DNA of 64,000 nucleotides. Source: Vicinamibacterales bacterium (lineage in GTDB: Bacteria > Acidobacteriota > Vicinamibacteria > Vicinamibacterales > UBA8438). The notes below the pieces were generated by a model. It made no database searches and was not told the DNA's origin. It saw nothing but the letters and a program-made list of their open reading frames with translations. Below are positions 9,033 to 18,760 of this stretch, piece by piece. The position numbers and the translations under genes are program-made. The stretch lies in NCBI GenBank assembly GCA_965221595.1, contig OZ244900.1:2918687-2982686 (forward strand). Reading direction: 5' to 3'. Each line of letters opens with the position of its first letter. The stretch's first letter is position 1.

Positions 9033-10997
9033 GTGACTGACGACAAGTTGCCGGCCGGGTTCGATGCGCTGCTGACCGAGGACCGCGTCTTCGAGCCGCC
9101 GGAGGAGTTCCGCAAGAACGCCAACGTCAACGACCCCGGCGTCTACGAGCGAGCCGACCGGGATCCGGAGGGATTCTGGGCCGACTTCGCTCGTGAGCTC
9201 GAGTGGAGCCGGCCCTGGGACCGGGTGCTCGACTGGCAGCCCCCCGACGCCAAGTGGTTCGTGGGCGGCAAGATCAACGCCAGCGTCAACTGCGTCGATC
9301 GCCACGCCCTCGGCAGCCGCCGCGACAAGCGCGCCATCGTCTGGGAGGGCGAGCCGGGCGACAAGCGGACGCTGACCTACGGCGAGCTCCACGTCGAGGT
9401 CCAGAAGTGCGCCAATGTCCTCAAGCGGCTCGGCGTGGGCCACGGCGACCGCGTCGCCGTCTATCTGCCGATGATCCCCGAGCTGCCCATCGTGCTGCTG
9501 GCCTGCGCGCGCATCGGCGCCGTGCACAGCGTCGTGTTCGGCGGCTTCAGCGCCGAGTCGCTGCGCGACCGGATCAACGACATGCAGGCGAAGCTGCTGG
9601 TCACGGCCGACGGGGGCTATCGCCGCGGCGGCGTCGTGCCGCTCAAGCAGATCTCGGACGCGGCCCTCGACGGCTCGCCCAGCGTCGAGAACGTGCTGCT
9701 GGTCAAGCGTGAAGGACTGGAGACCCCGTTCGAGGTCATGGCCGGGCGCGATCACTGGTACCACGAGCTGCTGGCCGAGGTCTCCGACACCTGCGCGCCG
9801 CGCGAGAACGACGCCGAAGACCTCCTGTTCACGCTCTACACCTCCGGCACCACCGGCAAGCCGAAGGGCATCGCGCACACGACCGGCGGCTACCTGGTGG
9901 GCACCTACGCGACCTCCAAGTGGGTCTTCGATCTGCAGGAGGACGACATCTACTGGTGCACCGCCGACATCGGCTGGGTGACCGGCCACAGCTATCTGGT
10001 CTACGGGCCCCTGGCGAACGGTGCCACCTGCGTCATGTACGAGGGAGCGCCCGACACGCCCGGCCGCGACCGCTTCTGGGACATGGTGGCACGCCACAAG
10101 GTCACAGTCTTCTACACGGCACCCACGGCCATCCGGGCGTTCATGAAGTGGGGTCCGGACCACGTCCGCAAGCACGATCTGAGCTCCCTGCGCCTGCTCG
10201 GATCGGTCGGCGAGCCGATCAATCCGGAGGCGTGGATGTGGTACTACCAGCACGTCGGGGGCGGCCGCTGCCCCATCGTCGACACCTGGTGGCAGACCGA
10301 GACGGGCAGCATCCTGATTGCCCCGTTGCCCGGCATCACCCCGCTCAAGCCGGGCTCGGCGTCGCGGCCCTTCCCCGGCCTCAAGCCGGCCATCGTCACC
10401 GAGTCCGGCGAACCGGTGGAGGTGGGCGGCGGCTACCTGGTCCAGACGCGGCCGTGGCCCTCGATGCTGCGCACCATCTACGGTGACCACGACCGCTTCG
10501 TGGCCACCTACTGGAACCGCTGGGGCCGCGACGTCTACGTCACCGGCGACGGTGCCAAGGTGGACGAGGACGGCTACTTCTGGCTGCTCGGCCGCGTCGA
10601 CGACGTGCTCAACGTCGCCGGCCACCGCGTCGGCACGATGGAGGTGGAGAGCGCGCTGGTCGACCACCAACAGGTCGCCGAGGCCGCCGTGGTCGGCAAG
10701 GAGCACGAGATCAAGGGTCAGGCCGTCTGCGCCTTCGTCACCCTCAAGGAGGGGGTGACGGCCAGCGACGAGAAGCTGGCCGAGCTCAAGCAGCACGTCA
10801 CGACCAAGATCGGCGCCATCGCCCGTCCGGACGAGATCATCTGGACCGCCGACCTGCCGAAGACGCGTTCGGGCAAGATCATGCGGCGTCTGCTGCGCGA
10901 CATCGCGGCGCGCAAGGCGCTGGGCGACGTGACCACGCTGGCCGACCCGACGATCGTGGCCAAACTGCGGGAGCAGTACGAGGAAAAAGAGGGTTGA
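9033..10997 (+). CDS. acs: Acetyl-CoA synthetase (AMP-forming)
   Basis: Motifs [51 protein letters not shown]. The start was moved to GTG at 9033, 5 nt after GGAGGA, because the 697-aa ORF has a non-homologous leader. Confidence 0.9.
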   Translation: MTDDKLPAGFDALLTEDRVFEPPEEFRKNANVNDPGVYERADRDPEGFWADFARELEWSRPWDRVLDWQPPDAKWFVGGKINASVNCVDRHALGSRRDKRAIVWEGEPGDKRTLTYGELHVEVQKCANVLKRLGVGHGDRVAVYLPMIPELPIVLLACARIGAVHSVVFGGFSAESLRDRINDMQAKLLVTADGGYRRGGVVPLKQISDAALDGSPSVENVLLVKREGLETPFEVMAGRDHWYHELLAEVSDTCAPRENDAEDLLFTLYTSGTTGKPKGIAHTTGGYLVGTYATSKWVFDLQEDDIYWCTADIGWVTGHSYLVYGPLANGATCVMYEGAPDTPGRDRFWDMVARHKVTVFYTAPTAIRAFMKWGPDHVRKHDLSSLRLLGSVGEPINPEAWMWYYQHVGGGRCPIVDTWWQTETGSILIAPLPGITPLKPGSASRPFPGLKPAIVTESGEPVEVGGGYLVQTRPWPSMLRTIYGDHDRFVATYWNRWGRDVYVTGDGAKVDEDGYFWLLGRVDDVLNVAGHRVGTMEVESALVDHQQVAEAAVVGKEHEIKGQAVCAFVTLKEGVTASDEKLAELKQHVTTKIGAIARPDEIIWTADLPKTRSGKIMRRLLRDIAARKALGDVTTLADPTIVAKLREQYEEKEG

Positions 10998-11410
10998 GCG
11001 ACCGGCTCCGGCGGGCGATTGCAGTCGTCGTGCTCCTGTCGACGGGCGCGGCCGCGGCGCAGGAGAACGACGCCGACCTCTACACCTGCGGTGGCCAGTC
11101 CCCGGCGGACGCAGAGATCGTCGGCCTGACCCTTTGCGCCGCGCTGCCGACGGACGCGCTGGTGGCCCGCGCCGAACCCGAGAACCTGCAGGTGCGGGAG
11201 GGTGTGCTCGTGACGGACCTGCAGCCCGGCGGCCTCTCGATCGTCGCCGGGTTCGAAGTCGGCGACCTGATCTACCGTGTGGGCGGGATCGACGTCCGGG
11301 ACGCCGAGGCGGCCGTCGAGCACCTCGATCGCGTCAGGTCGAGAGCCGATACGATGGTGAACTTCCTGCGCGGAGGCCGGCCCTATCGCATCAAGCTGCG
11401 GCGCGAATAG
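10994..11410 (+). CDS. Secreted PDZ domain protein
   Basis: 138-aa ORF with a signal peptide ([16 protein letters not shown]) and PDZ-like [29 protein letters not shown]. The start overlaps the acs stop. Confidence 0.55.
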   Translation: MSDRLRRAIAVVVLLSTGAAAAQENDADLYTCGGQSPADAEIVGLTLCAALPTDALVARAEPENLQVREGVLVTDLQPGGLSIVAGFEVGDLIYRVGGIDVRDAEAAVEHLDRVRSRADTMVNFLRGGRPYRIKLRRE

Positions 11411-11460
11411 GCATCGGCGCGCGTGATATCATCGGCCTTCTATTTCACAAGGATGAACGG

Positions 11461-13668
11461 ATGATCAAGGCTACCCACAGCTTCCTGGTGCCCGTGGCCT
11501 GCCTGCTCGTCTGGTCGACGCTCCCGACTGCCGGGACCGCCTGGGGACAGGACTGGCCCAGCTGGCGCGGCCCGGGGCAGAACGGTGTGTCCGACCAGGT
11601 GTCGCTCGTATCGAGCTGGTCGAAGGACGGCGAGAACCTGATCTGGTCGGACAACTGGGTCGGCCGTTCGACGCCGGCGGTTTTCGACGGACGCGCGTGC
11701 GCGAACGGACGGACGGGCGACGGCGTCTCGAAGCAGGAAATCGTCGCCTGCTGGAACGCCGAGGACGGCACGAAGCTGTGGGAGCACGAATTCAGCGTCG
11801 CAAACACCACCGTGCCGTTCAACCGCGTCGGCTGGGGCAGCGTCACCGGCGATCCGGAGACCGGGTATCTGTACGCCCTGAATATCGACGGACACCTGAA
11901 CGTGTTCGACCGGGACGGCGGCATCGTCTGGAGCTGGCGCCTGGCCGAGGAGCTCGGCCGCGCCTCCGGCTACGGCGGCCGGACGTCGACGCCGGTCATC
12001 GACGAGGATCGGCTCGTGCTCTCGGTCATCGGGGGCATGTGGGGCGACTACGCCGGTCCGCCCCGCCACCGCTACGTCGCCTTCGACAAGCGCAGCGGCG
12101 AGGTGCTGTGGATCTCGACGCCGGGCGGCAACGTCGCCGACATGAACACGCAGTCGGTGCCGGTCGTCGCCGTCATCGAGGGGCGGCGGCTGCTGATCGA
12201 CGGCAACGCCGACGGCCACATTTATGCACTGCTCGCGCGCACCGGCGAGAAGGTCTGGGAGTTCCACCTGTCGCAGCGCGGCATCAACGTATCCCCCGTC
12301 GTCGCGGGCACCACCGTCTATGCGGCACACAGCGAGGAGAACGTCGACAGCGGCTACATGGGGCGCGTGGTGGCCATCGACGCGACCGGCAGCGGCGACG
12401 TGACCGCCACGCACGAGCTGTGGCGCGCCGACGAGCTGGCGGTGGGCTTTTCGACACCGGTGTACCGCGACGGCCGGCTGTACCTCATCGACAATTCGGC
12501 GAATCTCAGCGCGCTCGACGCCGGCAGCGGCGAGGAGCTGTGGGCCACCAGCGTCGGGACGGTCGGGAAGTCGTCGCCGGTCTGGGCGGATGGCAAGCTG
12601 TACGTCACCGAGGTGAACGGCAACGTCACCATCCTGCAGCCGACCGCGGACGGCGCCACCGTGCTCGATCACGAAGAGCTGGCGGTCGAGGACGGACGCT
12701 ACGCCGAGATCTACGGCTCGTTCGCGCCCGCGTACGGGCGGCTGTATCTGACCGCCGAGTCCGGCATCTACTGTATCGGCGACCCGGGCGCGCCGTTCGA
12801 GGCGCGCGACAGCCCGACGCCCGCGCCGGTCGAGGAACTTGCTCCAGGCGCGGCAGCCAGTCTGCAGGTCGTGCCGGCCGAGGTCGTGCTCTCGCACGGA
12901 GACTCGGTTGCATTCCGCGTCCTCGCCTTCGACGCCAACGGTGCCGCGCTCGGCGAGCGCACCGCCGAGTGGGCGCTCGACGGTCTCGCGGGCGCGGAGC
13001 TGTCGGCGGCGGGGGCCCTGTCGACGCCGGACGGCGGGCCGACGGCAAGCGGCAAGGTGACGGCGACGGTCGGCGAATTGACCGGCAGCGCACAGGTGCG
13101 CGTCTTCGGGCCGCTGCCGTGGACGGAGAACTTCGAGAACGGCCGGCCGCGGTTCTGGATCGGCGGCGGGGGCAATCTGCGCGGCGTGGACGAAGGCGGT
13201 CAACAGATGCTGCGCAAGGGGCCGTCGCGCACCGGCATCCATCGCCACGCCGTCTACCTGGGACCGACGGACATGTCCGGCTACACGATCCAGGCCGACG
13301 CCATGGCCACGCAGCGCGGCCGGCGGCGGGCCGACCTCGGGTTGATCAACAGCGGCTACACGCTCGACATGCAGGGCAACGCCCAGCGCCTGCAGCTGCA
13401 GTCGTGGGCCGCCGAGCTGCGGATCGACGAGCGCGTGCCTTTCGAGTGGGAGCCGAACGTCTGGTACACGCTGAAGCTGCGCGTGGACCACGACGGCGGA
13501 CAGGCAACCATTCGCGGCAAGGTGTGGCCGCGCGACGAGCCCGAGCCGGCGGACTGGACGATCACCACCGCAGACCCCGTGCCGGTCGACGGCGGCAGCC
13601 CCGGCCTGATCGCCTACTCGCCGGTCGACATCTTCTACGACAACGTAAGCGTGATGGAGAACCAATGA
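11461..13668 (+). CDS. PQQ-like beta-propeller repeat protein with C-terminal Ig-like and jelly-roll (LamG/DUF1080-like) region, secreted
   Basis: Trimmed to ATG at 11461 (signal MIKATHSFLVPVACLLVWSTLPTAGTAWGQ). It opens with DWPSWRGPGQNG followed by repeated propeller blades (GEKVWEF, GEELWAT). The C-terminal domain assignments are by pattern only. Confidence 0.7.
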   Translation: MIKATHSFLVPVACLLVWSTLPTAGTAWGQDWPSWRGPGQNGVSDQVSLVSSWSKDGENLIWSDNWVGRSTPAVFDGRACANGRTGDGVSKQEIVACWNAEDGTKLWEHEFSVANTTVPFNRVGWGSVTGDPETGYLYALNIDGHLNVFDRDGGIVWSWRLAEELGRASGYGGRTSTPVIDEDRLVLSVIGGMWGDYAGPPRHRYVAFDKRSGEVLWISTPGGNVADMNTQSVPVVAVIEGRRLLIDGNADGHIYALLARTGEKVWEFHLSQRGINVSPVVAGTTVYAAHSEENVDSGYMGRVVAIDATGSGDVTATHELWRADELAVGFSTPVYRDGRLYLIDNSANLSALDAGSGEELWATSVGTVGKSSPVWADGKLYVTEVNGNVTILQPTADGATVLDHEELAVEDGRYAEIYGSFAPAYGRLYLTAESGIYCIGDPGAPFEARDSPTPAPVEELAPGAAASLQVVPAEVVLSHGDSVAFRVLAFDANGAALGERTAEWALDGLAGAELSAAGALSTPDGGPTASGKVTATVGELTGSAQVRVFGPLPWTENFENGRPRFWIGGGGNLRGVDEGGQQMLRKGPSRTGIHRHAVYLGPTDMSGYTIQADAMATQRGRRRADLGLINSGYTLDMQGNAQRLQLQSWAAELRIDERVPFEWEPNVWYTLKLRVDHDGGQATIRGKVWPRDEPEPADWTITTADPVPVDGGSPGLIAYSPVDIFYDNVSVMENQ

Positions 13669-15116
13669 CTCGACACGGACTGACGACAGTTCTGACGGTA
13701 CTGCTGCTGGCGGGCGGCTCCGCAGCCCAGGGGCAGGACGTCGGCATGTTCGGCAACACGCCGTCCCGGAACATGGCCTCGGATGAGACCGGCCTGCCCG
13801 CCGAGTGGGACGTGCTCACCGGCAAGAACGTGCTCTGGTCCGAACCCGTCGGGTCGCAGGCCTACGGCGGCCCGGTCGTCGCCAGCGGGCGCGTGTTCGT
13901 CGGCACCAACAACGAGGGGCGCCGCGATCCCGCCATCGAGGGCGACAAGGGTGTAGTCATGGCCTTCGAGGCCAAGACGGGCGAGTTCCTGTGGCAGATG
14001 GTGCACGACAAGCTGCCGGCGGGGCGCGTCAACGACTGGCCGCTGCAGGGCGTCTGCTCCACCGCGTACATGGAGGGCGACCGGATCTACTATGTCTCTA
14101 ACGAGGCCCACGTCGTTTGTGTCGACGCGGAAGGCTTCAGGGACGGTGAGAACGACGGGCCGTTCACGGACGAGGCGGATACGTCGGCGATCGCCGGCGA
14201 CGTCATCTGGTCCTACGACATGATCGGCGAGCTGGACGTCTTCCCGCACAACCTGGCCACTGGCTCGCCGCTCATCATCGGCGACATGCTGTACACGGTG
14301 ACCAGCAACGGCGTCGACGAGGGGCACGTCAACGTCCCCTCGCCGTTCTCACCCAACTTCATCGCGCTGGACAAGAACACCGGCGAGCTCGTCTGGGAGA
14401 ACGCCGTCGTCGGCGAGAACGTGCTGCACGGGAGCTGGACCAACCCCGCCTATGCCGAAATCAACGGTCGGGCCCAGGTGATCTTCGCGGGCGGCGACGG
14501 CATCGTCTACAGCCTCGACGCCGCCACGGGGGAGATCATCTGGCAATTCGACTGTAATCCGGAAGACTCCATCTGGGCGTTGGGCGGCCGCGGGACCCGC
14601 AACAACATCCTCTCGACCCCCGTGATCTACGAAGACAAGGTGTACATCGGCGTCGGCCAGGACCCGGAGCACGGCGAGGCGCCCGGGCACTTCTGGGTCA
14701 TCGACGCGACCGGCACCGGCGACGTCACCGACACGCACGTCGTCTGGCACCGCGGCGGCGAAGACTTCTACCGCACGATGTCCACCGCGGCCATCCAGGA
14801 CGGCATCGTCTACATCTCGAGCCTCTCGGGCTTCCTGCACGCGCTCGACGCCCGGACCGGCGAGTACTTCTGGACGTACGACACGTTCGCCGCGGTCTGG
14901 GCCTCGCCCTTCGCAGCCGACGGCAAGGTCTACCTGGGCGACGAGGACGGTGACATCGTGGTGCTGCGAGCCGGCCGGGAGCTGGAAGTGATCGGGGAGT
15001 ACACCCTGGGCGCCGCCGTCTACAGCACCCCGGTCGTCTACGACGGCGTGATGTACATCCTGACCCGCAACCGGGTGTGGGCGCTCCAGGAAGGCGCGCA
15101 GAGCGATCCGCTGTAG
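13665..15116 (+). CDS. PQQ-like beta-propeller repeat protein, secreted
   Basis: Trimmed to ATG at 13665, which overlaps the upstream stop (ATGA). Signal peptide LTTVLTVLLLAGGSAAQG. Blade repeats: TGEFLWQ, TGELVWE, TGEIIWQF, TGEYFWTY. Confidence 0.7.
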   Translation: MTRHGLTTVLTVLLLAGGSAAQGQDVGMFGNTPSRNMASDETGLPAEWDVLTGKNVLWSEPVGSQAYGGPVVASGRVFVGTNNEGRRDPAIEGDKGVVMAFEAKTGEFLWQMVHDKLPAGRVNDWPLQGVCSTAYMEGDRIYYVSNEAHVVCVDAEGFRDGENDGPFTDEADTSAIAGDVIWSYDMIGELDVFPHNLATGSPLIIGDMLYTVTSNGVDEGHVNVPSPFSPNFIALDKNTGELVWENAVVGENVLHGSWTNPAYAEINGRAQVIFAGGDGIVYSLDAATGEIIWQFDCNPEDSIWALGGRGTRNNILSTPVIYEDKVYIGVGQDPEHGEAPGHFWVIDATGTGDVTDTHVVWHRGGEDFYRTMSTAAIQDGIVYISSLSGFLHALDARTGEYFWTYDTFAAVWASPFAADGKVYLGDEDGDIVVLRAGRELEVIGEYTLGAAVYSTPVVYDGVMYILTRNRVWALQEGAQSDPL

Positions 15117-15179
15117 CCGACCACCCGGCGAGGTTACCGTCGGACGGGCGGCAGCACAGGTCGCCCGCCTGAATCGGCA

Positions 15180-16025
15180 TCAGCGCGGCTGCCGGTTCAG
15201 GCTCCAGTCGTAGTTGTACTCGACCGCACCCGCGAAGCCTTCGAGCTGTGCCGCGAGCTCGACGTCGGCGTACTCCAGCAAGTGGGCCATGACAGCCTCC
15301 TGGGAGTCGCCGAAATCCTCGGGGTACCACTCGTAGAGGCTCGAGAGGACGACGACGTCCGCGTCCACGACGTCGACGCCCCGGGCACTGTTGACGTAGT
15401 CGCGCGCTCCCGCCTCGAGCAGCTGCTCGGTGTTCTCCGCGGTGAAGGCTGTCTGCTGCAGGTGCGGGCAGCCGTAGGCCGCGCAGTTCACCGCGTAGTG
15501 AATCCGCTCGTCGCGCCAGATGGGCCGCAGGATGCCGTGCTCGATGTCGTCCAGGGTCAGGTCCTGGCCGCCGACGTTGGCGTGCACGTCGCCCCACGGT
15601 CCGGTATACGGGACCAGGCCCTCGTGGATATCGCGAATCGTGTCCACCGGATAGGCGTCCAGCACGACCTGTACGGTCAGCGCGTTGTAGAGATTGATCC
15701 AGTAGGCCATCTGCTCCGCGCGGGAGTAGTCGCGGGGGTCGAGCGCCTGCAGGTAGTCGAGGTAGCCGGCCAGGGCTGCACGATCTCCGGCGGCGGCCGC
15801 GAGGCCCTCGTAGTCGACGAGGTTGACGCCCGCCGCATCAGGAGCCAGATAGCCGTCCAGGATGCGCTGCCAGGCGCCGTGGTCGATACGCTCGACGTTG
15901 GTCTCGTCGCTGGCGTTCCAGACGGCAATCTCGACCGCTTCCGGCGGGCCGCAGGCCCCGGCGAGCAGCGCCGCACCGAGTACGCCGGCGAGCAGGAACC
16001 TGCACCGCGCGCGAGCTGACTTCAT
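15180..16025 (-). CDS. DUF547 domain lipoprotein
   Basis: 281-aa ORF with lipobox LLAGAC and DUF547 pattern YWINLYNALTV ... IHYAVNCAAYGCPHL. Confidence 0.7.
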   Translation of the reverse strand: MKSARARCRFLLAGVLGAALLAGACGPPEAVEIAVWNASDETNVERIDHGAWQRILDGYLAPDAAGVNLVDYEGLAAAAGDRAALAGYLDYLQALDPRDYSRAEQMAYWINLYNALTVQVVLDAYPVDTIRDIHEGLVPYTGPWGDVHANVGGQDLTLDDIEHGILRPIWRDERIHYAVNCAAYGCPHLQQTAFTAENTEQLLEAGARDYVNSARGVDVVDADVVVLSSLYEWYPEDFGDSQEAVMAHLLEYADVELAAQLEGFAGAVEYNYDWSLNRQPR

Positions 16026-16115
16026 GGTCGTCGACGTCCTTCTTCTTTGGATTCAGACGGGGCTGCGCCTCGAACCCCCGGCGTTCGCCTGCGGGAACCC
16101 CGTTGCCCCGCCATT

Positions 16116-16856
16116 CTATGGCGCAGACTCCGGGTCCGGCGGGCGCCGACGGCAGCGGAGCCGGCCGATCGTCCCCAGGATGCCCACGCTGGCGCCGATG
16201 ACGCCCCGCACGGTCCCGCCGACCTTCGAGCGGCCGAACCGCCGCCGGCGCGAGCTCACCGGTTGCTCGACAACCCGCAAACCGACCTCGATGGCCTTGA
16301 TCTGCATCTCCACGGTCCAGCCGTAGGCCGTGTCGCGCATGTCGAGCCGACGCAGGGCCTCGGCGCGAATGGCACGGAACGGGCCCAGATCGGTGACCCG
16401 CCGCCGCCACAGCAGCCGGATGAGCATCGCGGCCACCTGGTTGCCGGCGATCTGGGGCGGCGACAGGGCACCCGGCTCGCGGCGGTCCGGCACGCGCGAG
16501 CCGATCACCAGATCCGCGCCGGCCGCTACCCCGCGCAACAGATCCAGTGCCTCCGCGGTAGTGGAAGACCGGTCGCCGTCGACGAACAAGACCACGTCCA
16601 CGGGCCGGAGCGCCGCGAGGGCGGTCAGGCAGGCCCGACCGTAGCCGGGCGTCGGCTCGACCACCACGCGCGCCCCCGCCGCGCGCGCCCGTTGCGCCGT
16701 GCCGTCCGTCGATCCGTTGTCGCAGACGACCACGTCGTCGATGACCGGCTCGCCGCCCGGCGTGCGCAGCGTCAGCAGTTCGGCGACCACCGCGCCGATG
16801 TTGCCGACCTCGTCCCGCGCCGGAATGACGGCGCCGACCGTCAGCCGTTCGTGCAT
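16116..16856 (-). CDS. Glycosyltransferase family 2 protein
   Basis: 246-aa ORF with GT-A pattern VIPARDE...VVCDNGSTDGT...VDGD. Confidence 0.8.
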   Translation of the reverse strand: MHERLTVGAVIPARDEVGNIGAVVAELLTLRTPGGEPVIDDVVVCDNGSTDGTAQRARAAGARVVVEPTPGYGRACLTALAALRPVDVVLFVDGDRSSTTAEALDLLRGVAAGADLVIGSRVPDRREPGALSPPQIAGNQVAAMLIRLLWRRRVTDLGPFRAIRAEALRRLDMRDTAYGWTVEMQIKAIEVGLRVVEQPVSSRRRRFGRSKVGGTVRGVIGASVGILGTIGRLRCRRRPPDPESAP

Positions 16857-16880
16857 GACGGGCCAACGGGGCGGGCGACG

Positions 16881-18719
16881 CTACTCCCGCGCGGCGGGCG
16901 TCAGCTCGGTGGTCATCCGTTCGCCGTCGCGCATGAAGACGACCTCGGCCGGCTCGCCGACCTGCAGCAGGTCGAGCGCGTAGGTGTAGTCGTAGATGTT
17001 GGTGATCGTCTGGCCGGCGAGGCCGACGACGATGTCACCGCCGCGCAATCCGGCCGCTTCCGCCGGTCCGCCGCCGACCACGCCGGACAACAGCAGGCCC
17101 TCGGCGTCGGAGGCATAGTCCGGGATGGTGCCGGTGAAGATGCGCATGACCGCCCGCCCGCCGGGACGCACGTCCGGCTCCGCGTGGACGAAGTCGGGCG
17201 CGGCGGGGCGGTTGGCGAGCGTCGCCGCCACGGCAGTCGCCAGCTCCACGATCCGGTCGAGACCGTCGTAGTTGAGCGTGTCGGCGTCGTCGGTCGGCCG
17301 GTGATAGTCCTCGTGGCTGCCGGTGAAGAACGCCAGCGTCGGCACCTCGGCCGCGTTGAAGCTGCGGCTGTCGGTCGGCAGGTAGGGGTCGCGCACGAAC
17401 GACAGTGCCAGCCCGAGCGGCGCGTTCGACTCCTCGACGAGGTCGGTCCAGATGGAACTGCTGCCCACGGCCTGCACGCTGAGCGTGTCGCGCAGGCGGC
17501 CGACCATGTCGAAGTTGAGATACGCGGCGACCTGATCCAGCGGTACCGGTGCCTGCTCGACGAAATCCTCTGACCCGAGCAGGCCCAGCTCCTCGCCGGA
17601 CCAGAACGCGAGGATGATCCCGCGTCCGCGCTCCAGCGGTGCCAGCGCGGCGCCGGCCGCCAGGACAGCGGCCACCCCCGAAGCATTATCGTCGGCGCCG
17701 TTGTGGATCTGCCCGGCCTCGTCGCCACGCGCCAGCGAGTCGCCGCCGCGCCCGTGACCGAGATGATCGTGGTGAGCGCCGAGCACGAGGTACGGCTCCT
17801 CGAGCGCCGCGAGGCGGGTCGGCGGCAGGTAGCCGAGCACGTTGTGGCCGGTGCGCTCCACGCGGTCGAGCCGCGTCTCGATGGTCGCCGCGAGGGGCAG
17901 ATCGAAGCCGGCAACGTGCGGATTGCCGCTGTCGAACGATGCCTGCACCGCCTCGATGGACCGGCCGGCGCTTTCGATGATGGCCGCGCCGAGGACGCCG
18001 TCCACCGTGGCGGCCACGATCCCCGAATCGCTCACCGCGGTGTCGAACGTCAGCGGGATCAGTTCTCCGGCGTTGGGCGACCGCGGTCCGGTGACGACGA
18101 TGATGCCCGCGGCCCCGCGCTCGCGCGCGGCCAGCGCCTTGAAGCGCAGGCCCGCGTAGCGCGCTAGCGTCCCCCGCAGCTCCCCCTCCGTATCCTCGGG
18201 GAAGTAGCGCAGCACGACGACGATCTTGCCGGTCACGTCGAGCGTGGCGTAGCTGTCGTAGCTGAATCCGTCGGTCTCCGGCACCGACAGCCCGTACCCG
18301 GCGAAGACGAGGGGACCCGCCGCCGCTCCCGTGTCCGAGAAGGACAGTGCGCGCACGGACGGTCCCGTCCCGGCCGGCGGCCGCAGCGGCGTCCCGTCGT
18401 CCGCCGTGATCTCGACCGTCGTGCCGGTGTCCGTCACGCCGGCGGTGAAGGAGAACGCCTGGCGGTAGCCCCCCACGCCCGGAAGCGGACCGGCACCGAT
18501 GGCGGCGAGCTGCTCGATGAGGTAGTCGGCCGCCTTGCGGATGCCCGGCGAGCCGGTCAGGCGGCCCTCGAGATCGTCGGCGGCCAGACGCTCGACGATC
18601 GCGCGCGTGTCCACCGCCGGCGGCGGCGTCCCCTGCGCGCTCGACAGGCGCGGCATGGACACCCCGCACACGCAGACCACGAGTCCCCACGGAAGCAGGC
18701 GTCCAATCGTCGCTGGCAT
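16881..18719 (-). CDS. M28 family metallopeptidase with PA domain and C-terminal PDZ domain, secreted
   Basis: 612-aa ORF with motifs HNGADDNASGVAAVL, FWSGEELGLLGS, LNFDMVG. The C-terminal PDZ-like segment is GGPAEAAGLRGGDIVVGLAGQTI. Confidence 0.8.
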   Translation of the reverse strand: MPATIGRLLPWGLVVCVCGVSMPRLSSAQGTPPPAVDTRAIVERLAADDLEGRLTGSPGIRKAADYLIEQLAAIGAGPLPGVGGYRQAFSFTAGVTDTGTTVEITADDGTPLRPPAGTGPSVRALSFSDTGAAAGPLVFAGYGLSVPETDGFSYDSYATLDVTGKIVVVLRYFPEDTEGELRGTLARYAGLRFKALAARERGAAGIIVVTGPRSPNAGELIPLTFDTAVSDSGIVAATVDGVLGAAIIESAGRSIEAVQASFDSGNPHVAGFDLPLAATIETRLDRVERTGHNVLGYLPPTRLAALEEPYLVLGAHHDHLGHGRGGDSLARGDEAGQIHNGADDNASGVAAVLAAGAALAPLERGRGIILAFWSGEELGLLGSEDFVEQAPVPLDQVAAYLNFDMVGRLRDTLSVQAVGSSSIWTDLVEESNAPLGLALSFVRDPYLPTDSRSFNAAEVPTLAFFTGSHEDYHRPTDDADTLNYDGLDRIVELATAVAATLANRPAAPDFVHAEPDVRPGGRAVMRIFTGTIPDYASDAEGLLLSGVVGGGPAEAAGLRGGDIVVGLAGQTITNIYDYTYALDLLQVGEPAEVVFMRDGERMTTELTPAARE

Positions 18720-18760
18720 CAGCTATTCCTCTCTGTCTCGTCCGACCGCGGGCTGCGCCG

